A stretch of 34,070 nucleotides of DNA, taken from Candidatus Iainarchaeum sp. (GTDB taxonomy: Archaea > Iainarchaeota > Iainarchaeia > Iainarchaeales > Iainarchaeaceae). The position numbers and the translations under genes are program-made. This document shows, one piece after another, positions 28,057-34,070 of the stretch (position 1 is its first letter; each line of letters starts with the position of its first letter). Location of the stretch: contig JBDRLP010000021.1 in NCBI GenBank assembly GCA_043812975.1, forward strand, positions 1-34,070. Direction: 5' to 3'. Under the pieces are notes generated by a model. The model did no database searches, was not told where the DNA came from, and worked only from the letters and a program-made list of their open reading frames with translations.

Positions 28057-30582
28057 TTATATTTTCTTTAATTTTTTAGTAACTGGTTTTTTAGTAACTT
28101 TTTTAATTTTTGTTAATTTTTTTGGTTTAACAACCGGCTTTGTAACGTTCTTTACAATAGGTTTGAGAACTAGTTTTGGTTTCACTGGTTTCTTAAATGA
28201 CCTGACTGGTTTTACATTAACTAATGATTCTTTTCCGACAATCACTGGTAGATTTGATTTATTTGCAATCGAATCAAGATTAATGTTCTTCAGCAGTACT
28301 TTTTGCTTTGAAAGAGCACCCAGTTCTGCTTCAAGTTTTTCTTTCAAATCAATAAGCTTTGATAAGTATTCTCTTGATTTTTGTTTAAACTCAACTTCAG
28401 AAATCACTTTAGTGTTTAAGTATTTCTTGAGATCATGTAACTTTTCAGTATAAGAATTAATTTCAGTGGAATAATCATCAATAGCAATTACATGCATTGC
28501 CTTTTCTTTTCTTTCGGCTTCTAAAAAGCTTAGTTCCTGCATATATTTATCTTTCAGGTTAGCATGCTTTTCAGCATTAATTTCGCCTTTCAAAAGTTTT
28601 ATGTCAACATCCTTAATGAGTCTCTTTAAGTGAAGGCTTTCCTTTTCAATAGAAAACTTTCTGTGCTTGTGCGAAGCAATAACACCAATCAAAACTAACA
28701 ATAATACAAGTGAAAATACGAGAGAAAACAATAATATTCCTACTAACAAAAAGTCATCTTCCACAGGAACAGGATCAGAAACAGTGCTTACAGGAACTGC
28801 AGTTCCAACAATACTTTGTTCTAAATAATAAGAATTAACCTTGCTTGAAGTATCAAAAATTTCCTCGGCAAGATAAGCAAGACTCACTCCGCTTTTCAGA
28901 TTGTTTGTAGCACTTATTGAAAAGCCCTGTTCTGAGTAATACTCAGCAGAAGCTAAGAAAAACTTGGCATGATCAAGGAATAAAACAGCCCAGCCTACAG
29001 AAACATTAGAATCAGCTATTTCTTTTTCAACCTCAGAGATCTTTTCCTGAAGCATTTTCTTTAATTCATCCTGAGTTTTATCTTTAGAATCTATTTCAGA
29101 TTCTACTAATGCTTTTGCAGAAGCCGCGTCAAACAAAGAAGCTTCATACCAGCCGAATAATTTCTCGTTTTTAGAAGCATTAACTCGCCTTGTAATATCG
29201 TCTCTTTCTCCATCTTCTTCCAATACACTTAAACCATTTTCTGCATCAATTAAAATAGAATCACTTGAATCCTTAAATTCCTCAGAACGTGTCACTAAAC
29301 CATTTGATTCTATTGATAAATTATAAAAGTCCTTGGAAACATCAAGCCATGCAACAGCAAAAGCATAATCCTGAAGCCTCGCAAGAGTATTCTGTAACCT
29401 ATCTTCCTCAGAACCATCAATTACAAGAGTTTGTTCACTTCTGATCTTTTCAAGAGTTATTCTCGCATAAGTAAATCTTTGCTGAGCAGAAGCAAACCAT
29501 TCAGCACCTTCTTTAGGAATGTTTCCTGATAAATCATTTTCAAAATTGTTCAGTTCTCTTTGTAATTCAGCAAGGCGTAAATCCAAAGCAGTTGAGTTTT
29601 CCTCCAAAAGAGAAGGGTTGTTTGAAACTTCCTTAACTATAATCGCATTAACTCTTGCAAGGAAAGCAAAGTTTGCAGCAGAATACATATAATTCTGTTC
29701 GTTCAGGATTTCGGCTCTTGATACGGTTTGTTCAGAATCGTTAAGAACCTCAAGCAGGAAAGAAATTACTTCCGGGTCCTCTAAAAGAGTTGAAGAAAGT
29801 CCATTCCTTGCTTCAGAGGTTATTTGTCTTGTTTCATCAATATAATTGCTTGTTAAAATTTTGAAAGAACCCAAATGAGAAGGCAACTGTACTTTATCTG
29901 GAATAAAATCAGGAATAGGATTTGAAGCAGTTGTATTAACATCAATGTCTCCAACAGCCGTAAAAGCTAAACCTATTGCTTCTTCAATATTGCTAACTTC
30001 AACAACTTTAATCCCCCAAGTTTCAGGAGCATACTCTAAAAGATTTACACTTCTGACTCCTTCTTCAAGTTTTATTGTCTGAATTGCTTCTCCTCTTGGA
30101 ATTAAAAATAGTTTTTTTCCTGTGCTTGCTGCTTCTTTTGTTTTTTCAAAAACACCACCAACAGGACCAATTGTACCATCCTCCTTAATTGTCCCCGTAA
30201 TACTTACTGTGTCTGGAAGTTTTTTGTCAAGGAGCATTGAAACAGTAAGCAAAGTCATTGCGGCTCCGGCACTTGGACCTTCAACAACAGAAGCTACACT
30301 TGAAATTGTGAATTTATAATCATACTTATCAGTATTTGAGTAAAAGTTTTTGGCAACTTTAATAGCGGTTCGTTCAGCATTCTGGGTTGTTGTTCCAACT
30401 AACGGAGTTACTGCTGACCAAATTTTTCCTGTTCCTGGTTCAATTTCAAGAGTCAAATCAGCTACTAAACCTTCCCCCTTAGTAGTTACTGCATAAATAT
30501 CCAGTGAATCTTTTTCAATAACTGCCCATGAAACTGAGGCAAACAAAACCAGAAATAAGGCTGCTAAAAAGAATTTTCTCAA
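28057..30582 (-). CDS. Secreted or membrane-anchored Lon-like (S16) serine protease lacking an AAA domain
   Basis: Signal peptide; EGPSAG catalytic Ser; TGTI...GPVGGVFEK Lys; C-terminal TM helix and Lys-rich tail. Confidence 0.85.
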   Translation of the reverse strand: MRKFFLAALFLVLFASVSWAVIEKDSLDIYAVTTKGEGLVADLTLEIEPGTGKIWSAVTPLVGTTTQNAERTAIKVAKNFYSNTDKYDYKFTISSVASVVEGPSAGAAMTLLTVSMLLDKKLPDTVSITGTIKEDGTIGPVGGVFEKTKEAASTGKKLFLIPRGEAIQTIKLEEGVRSVNLLEYAPETWGIKVVEVSNIEEAIGLAFTAVGDIDVNTTASNPIPDFIPDKVQLPSHLGSFKILTSNYIDETRQITSEARNGLSSTLLEDPEVISFLLEVLNDSEQTVSRAEILNEQNYMYSAANFAFLARVNAIIVKEVSNNPSLLEENSTALDLRLAELQRELNNFENDLSGNIPKEGAEWFASAQQRFTYARITLEKIRSEQTLVIDGSEEDRLQNTLARLQDYAFAVAWLDVSKDFYNLSIESNGLVTRSEEFKDSSDSILIDAENGLSVLEEDGERDDITRRVNASKNEKLFGWYEASLFDAASAKALVESEIDSKDKTQDELKKMLQEKISEVEKEIADSNVSVGWAVLFLDHAKFFLASAEYYSEQGFSISATNNLKSGVSLAYLAEEIFDTSSKVNSYYLEQSIVGTAVPVSTVSDPVPVEDDFLLVGILLFSLVFSLVLLLVLIGVIASHKHRKFSIEKESLHLKRLIKDVDIKLLKGEINAEKHANLKDKYMQELSFLEAERKEKAMHVIAIDDYSTEINSYTEKLHDLKKYLNTKVISEVEFKQKSREYLSKLIDLKEKLEAELGALSKQKVLLKNINLDSIANKSNLPVIVGKESLVNVKPVRSFKKPVKPKLVLKPIVKNVTKPVVKPKKLTKIKKVTKKPVTKKLKKI

Positions 30583-30705
30583 ACAAAAAACCTCTAAACT
30601 TAAGCTTTAAGAATTAGTAATTTAAGATTTATATAGGTTTGTTTGAATACTCAAGTATTAATGAAAATACCTAAAAATAATGACCTTTAGCCAAAATAAA
30701 AAGAA

Positions 30706-30735
30706 TTAGAAAAAGGAGCAGATTCCGAGGAATCT
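30706..30735 (-). terminator. Probable terminator of the ribosomal protein operon
   Basis: AGATTCC-TC-GGAATCT inverted repeat at the rpl12 stop followed by CTCCTTTTTCT. Confidence 0.45.
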
Positions 30736-31033
30736 ACCCGAATAAGCTTCCTAATCCTTCTGCAGCTTCTTCTTCGCTTTTTCCTTTATCTTCTTCAACT
30801 TCTTCTTTTGCTGGTGCTTCTCCGCCTGCTGCCGGTGCTGCTGCAACTGGTGCTGCAACTGCTGCTTTCTCGATAGCTTCTTCTATATTAACGTCTTTTA
30901 ATGAAGCAACCAAAGCTTTAACTCTGGAGTCATCAACTTTGACGCCTGTAGCTGTGAGAACTTTCTTTACGGCATCCTCTGTTATTTCTTTCTTTGCAGA
31001 GTGAAGTAGCATTGCGCTGTATACATATTCCAT
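30734..31033 (-). CDS. rpl12: 50S ribosomal protein L12 (archaeal P1)
   Basis: [11 protein letters not shown]...[22 protein letters not shown]. Confidence 0.97.
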   Translation of the reverse strand: MEYVYSAMLLHSAKKEITEDAVKKVLTATGVKVDDSRVKALVASLKDVNIEEAIEKAAVAAPVAAAPAAGGEAPAKEEVEEDKGKSEEEAAEGLGSLFG

Positions 31034-31069
31034 ATCTTCACCTCGTAAACTTAACTAAAATGTTAAGCG

Positions 31070-31121
31070 TAACAGTTGCGGCTGTTAGGTACGCGTCCAC
31101 TTCGCTTTTGCTCAGTAGGAC
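31070..31121 (-). repeat. Stop-codon-anchored palindromic element, copy D
   Basis: GTCCTACT-GAGCAAAAGCGA-AGTGGAC; GCGTACC; TAACAG-CCGCAA-CTGTTA; begins in the rpl10 TAG. Confidence 0.8.
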
Positions 31122-32146
31122 TAGTTACCTTCGGTCGCATCCCCTCCTTTAGTATCTTCCTGCTTTTCTTCTGCAGGAGCTTCTTCTTTAGGAGTTTCTT
31201 TTGCTTCAGGTTCAGGAGTTTCCTCTTTCTTTTCTTCTTCAGCAACTTCTTCTTTCTTTTCTTCTTTTGCCTCTTCCTTTGCTTCTTCCTTAGGTTCTTC
31301 CTTTGGAGCATCCTTGATTAAAGGCTTCAAAGCACTTGCCTGTGCATTAGCCTTAGCCAATAGTGAACCTACTGTTGCTGAATTCAGAATGTTAGCTTCC
31401 AGCGCAACTGCTTTTGCATTATTGAAAGCTTTTGAAATCAAAAGTTCTGTTGTTTCAGATGTAAATATTTCTGTATTAACAGCAAGGTTGAATGCTTTTT
31501 TGTGAGCATTTACAAAATTTCCGAAAACCTCATCAATGTCAATATCAAGAACATCTGCTTTGTAAACCTGTCCCTGTTCTAAAACAGAAATAATCTTCAA
31601 ACCAACTTTGAAAGGTTTAATATTAAGTTTTGAAAGAGTTCCTGCTACTGCCGCATTTACAGGTTCTCCTGCTTTAGTAACAACCTTAGCTTGCATAATA
31701 GAAATTGTGGGCCCTTGAATAGCTACTTTTAATCCTGCTGATTTCAAATCAGTTAATGCAGGTCCTGGAGGTATTCCTGTATCTCCTGCAGGAATGCTAA
31801 TATCTTCCTCAGCAATAGCACCAACTTTTGCAGAAATTCTTCCCTTATTCTTTTTCAGAAACGCGTATAACTCAAAAGGATTCATTTCAGTAAAAATCAA
31901 AGCACAGTTTTCCTTAGCATCATCAACCAAAATATTTGTGTCCTTTACTTCTGAAAGAGCTTGTTTGATTATTTTTGTTTTAGAAACTTTAACAACACTG
32001 TTTTTTTTCAGTTTTTTTCTAACCTGCTGAAACAAAGCAGCAGGATACATGTTAACATCAGCAACAGCAACAACAGGATAACTTGAAGCTAACTGTTTTA
32101 ATTCAGATAATTGTTTTTCTTTCCAAGGTCTTGTGTGTGAAGTCAT
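31121..32146 (-). CDS. rpl10: 50S ribosomal protein L10 (P0)
   Basis: PWK, QQVRKKL, MNPFEL, IPAGDTGIPPGP and LSKLNIKP motifs; operon position. Confidence 0.95.
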   Translation of the reverse strand: MTSHTRPWKEKQLSELKQLASSYPVVAVADVNMYPAALFQQVRKKLKKNSVVKVSKTKIIKQALSEVKDTNILVDDAKENCALIFTEMNPFELYAFLKKNKGRISAKVGAIAEEDISIPAGDTGIPPGPALTDLKSAGLKVAIQGPTISIMQAKVVTKAGEPVNAAVAGTLSKLNIKPFKVGLKIISVLEQGQVYKADVLDIDIDEVFGNFVNAHKKAFNLAVNTEIFTSETTELLISKAFNNAKAVALEANILNSATVGSLLAKANAQASALKPLIKDAPKEEPKEEAKEEAKEEKKEEVAEEEKKEETPEPEAKETPKEEAPAEEKQEDTKGGDATEGN

Positions 32147-32868
32147 TGGCCAACACCTTCCTTTGGAACTTCTTTAGGCTTTTCTTTTTGAACTTCTTCT
32201 TTTTGAGTGTATTTTTCGCCTACTTTAATCGGCTTTCCCATTGTAAGTTTAATTAAAACTGATTTTATGTTTGTGTCTTTTCCAGGAACTGCCTCAGAAA
32301 CAACCCGGTAAACTTCTGCAATGTTATCAGCTAATTGTTCGTCTTTGAAACTTTCTTTTCCAACCATTACATGAACAACCGGCATGAACCTTCCTTTTTT
32401 GTTTGTAACTTTAGTGGAAGTGCTTATGTTTTTGATTCCGTTTTCAAAAGCAGAAACTGAAGCAGTAATAGGCTTAGGCATTCTTCCCTTAGGAGCTAAC
32501 TGTTGTCCTAAATATTTTCCAACTGTAAGCATTGTTGGGCCTTCAGCCAGAAAAACATTATAATCTCTGATTAGTAATTCAACATCTTTTTTCTTCAGAT
32601 TTGGGATTTCATCATCCTTAATAATCTTTGAAGCTTTACCCTTTATGTCTTGTGCAAACAAATTATCCTTTACAAAAACAAGTGTTTTGATGTTTCCCTG
32701 CTTTCCAGTAGCATGAGGTAAAGTAACATCAACGTCAATCCTGTTATCAGCCTTTTTGAAATCAATTCCTTTAAAATTTATGACTAACTCTACAGATTGC
32801 TCAAACTTTCTCTGCTTGCTTAACTGCCTTGCATAACTAAGTGCTTGAATAACTTCGCTTTTTTTCAT
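32143..32868 (-). CDS. rpl1: 50S ribosomal protein L1
   Basis: RKFEQSVEL, LPH, LAPKGRMPKP and KLTMG motifs. Confidence 0.96.
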   Translation of the reverse strand: MKKSEVIQALSYARQLSKQRKFEQSVELVINFKGIDFKKADNRIDVDVTLPHATGKQGNIKTLVFVKDNLFAQDIKGKASKIIKDDEIPNLKKKDVELLIRDYNVFLAEGPTMLTVGKYLGQQLAPKGRMPKPITASVSAFENGIKNISTSTKVTNKKGRFMPVVHVMVGKESFKDEQLADNIAEVYRVVSEAVPGKDTNIKSVLIKLTMGKPIKVGEKYTQKEEVQKEKPKEVPKEGVGQ

Positions 32869-32878
32869 TTTGATAACC

Positions 32879-32957
32879 TACCAACGAATTGGTACTCACC
32901 CGGCAAGCCGGGATCACGGCTCTAAAAATTAGAGCTTACTCAAAAGAAACTTTTGAG
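32879..32957 (-). promoter_or_regulatory. Four-hairpin structured leader upstream of rpl1
   Basis: CTCAAAAG/CTTTTGAG, GCTCTAA/TTAGAGC, CCCGGC/GCCGGG, TACCAA-TTCG-TTGGTA. Confidence 0.55.
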
Positions 32958-32992
32958 ATATAATCAAATTCCCTCTAAAAAGGTTTAAAAAG

Positions 32993-34057
32993 CTACTTTT
33001 CTCGCTTCTTTGGCCTGATTATTTCTGTTTTACCATCGTCTTTCACGACTTCAGTTTCAACATCTTCTTTTGGTTTATCAGATGTTTTGGAAATATCAAG
33101 GGCTTTTGAAACACCCGCATCTTTCTCCATTTTTTGCATGTGTTGTGAATAAGATTCTTTTTTAGGTTTCCCTTTGGTCTTAGCTTCCTTAGGTTCTTCT
33201 ACAGAAGCTTCAGCTTCTGCTGGTTTTTTAACTTTCTTTTTAGTTTCTTCAACTGGTTTTTCAGGTTCTTGAGGTTTTTCAACAACCTTTTTTTCAATAA
33301 TTTTTTCTTTTGGTTGTTTTATTTCTTCTTTTTCAGGTTCTGGTTGTTTTTCCTCTTTGATTTCTTTCTTTTTTTCTTTCGGATGGATTACTTCTTCCAC
33401 TACTTCTTCAACTTTTTCTATTGTTTCTTCAGCTATTTTTTTTGCTTTTTCAGTAACTTCATGAACATCAACTTTTTCAACTACTTCTTTTACTTGCTCA
33501 ACAACTTCCTCAACAGTTTCTTTAGCTTCTTCTACAACCTTATCAACAGCTTTCTCAACTTTTTTCTGAGTCTGTTCTGCAGGAGTTGCTCCAAAGAAAG
33601 AATCCCATTTTCCTTCCTTAAATTCTTGCTGAACCTCTTTTGCATATTTTCCCTCAACTTTTACACTCATTGAATTACAAGTTCCTACAATTTCCCTTGC
33701 AGCAAAATAAATTTCACTCGAAGTCAAAGCATCAACCTTCAGTTCTGCAAGTTTTTTTACCTGAGCCATTGAAAGATTGCCAACATTATCAGTCTTCTGG
33801 CTAGCACCGCCTTTTTTTGCTTTGATTTCCTTAAGAATAAGAGCACTCGTAGGCGGAGATCCTACAACAATATTATAAGTTTTATCAGAATTAACTTCAA
33901 CAGTTACAGGAACTTTCATTCCGGCATAATCTTTTGTTTTTTCATTGATTTTTGCAACGACTTCACCGATGTTTACTCCTAAAGGACCCAAAGCTGGCCC
34001 TAAAGGTGCGCCCGCAGTTGCTTTTCCGCCTTCAATCAATGCACTTACTTCACTCAT
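32993..34057 (-). CDS. rpl11: 50S ribosomal protein L11 with approx. 200-aa charged C-terminal extension
   Basis: GGKATAGAPLGPALGPLG, KVPV, PPTSAL and GTCNSM motifs; SD GGAGTGA. Confidence 0.95.
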   Translation of the reverse strand: MSEVSALIEGGKATAGAPLGPALGPLGVNIGEVVAKINEKTKDYAGMKVPVTVEVNSDKTYNIVVGSPPTSALILKEIKAKKGGASQKTDNVGNLSMAQVKKLAELKVDALTSSEIYFAAREIVGTCNSMSVKVEGKYAKEVQQEFKEGKWDSFFGATPAEQTQKKVEKAVDKVVEEAKETVEEVVEQVKEVVEKVDVHEVTEKAKKIAEETIEKVEEVVEEVIHPKEKKKEIKEEKQPEPEKEEIKQPKEKIIEKKVVEKPQEPEKPVEETKKKVKKPAEAEASVEEPKEAKTKGKPKKESYSQHMQKMEKDAGVSKALDISKTSDKPKEDVETEVVKDDGKTEIIRPKKREK

Positions 34058-34070
34058 TCTTAATCACTCC

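Noticed and set aside
31063..31311. 82-aa Lys-rich ORF overlapping the rpl10 end as a separate gene
   Set aside because: It is an alternate frame of the low-complexity L10 tail; only its in-frame passage through element D is noted.

Overview
AT-rich archaeal chromosome segment. The rpl11-rpl1-rpl10(P0)-rpl12 cluster, rpl44e and GGTGA-type Shine-Dalgarno sites show it is archaeal; compact packing suggests a DPANN lineage, but that is inference. Housekeeping content: guaA, a glmS-glmM-acetyltransferase operon with a divergent HTH regulator, a HerA/DUF87-type ATPase, an intein-containing SMC-type ATPase, a membrane pyrophosphatase, a Lon-like (S16) protease, a Cys-rich surface lipoprotein and several membrane proteins. 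The most striking signal is non-coding: a family of four GC-rich, multi-hairpin elements of about 50-95 bp (9187, 14394, 18199 and 31121 minus) that start exactly at the stop codons of unrelated genes. Three are followed by a second, mostly synonymously recoded copy of the last 8-15 codons of that gene. A related palindromic insert is translated inside the GlmM N-terminus, and a 1.3-kb fic cassette after guaA is bounded by a degenerate copy of the guaA 3' end. Other notable items: an SMC with a central CXXC zinc hook instead of a hinge, an unannotated 26-aa membrane peptide with its own SD and terminator, tandem 37-bp palindromic operators before fic, a potential intramolecular triplex motif, and a four-hairpin leader before rpl1. 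All calls come from reading the sequence; no searches were run.
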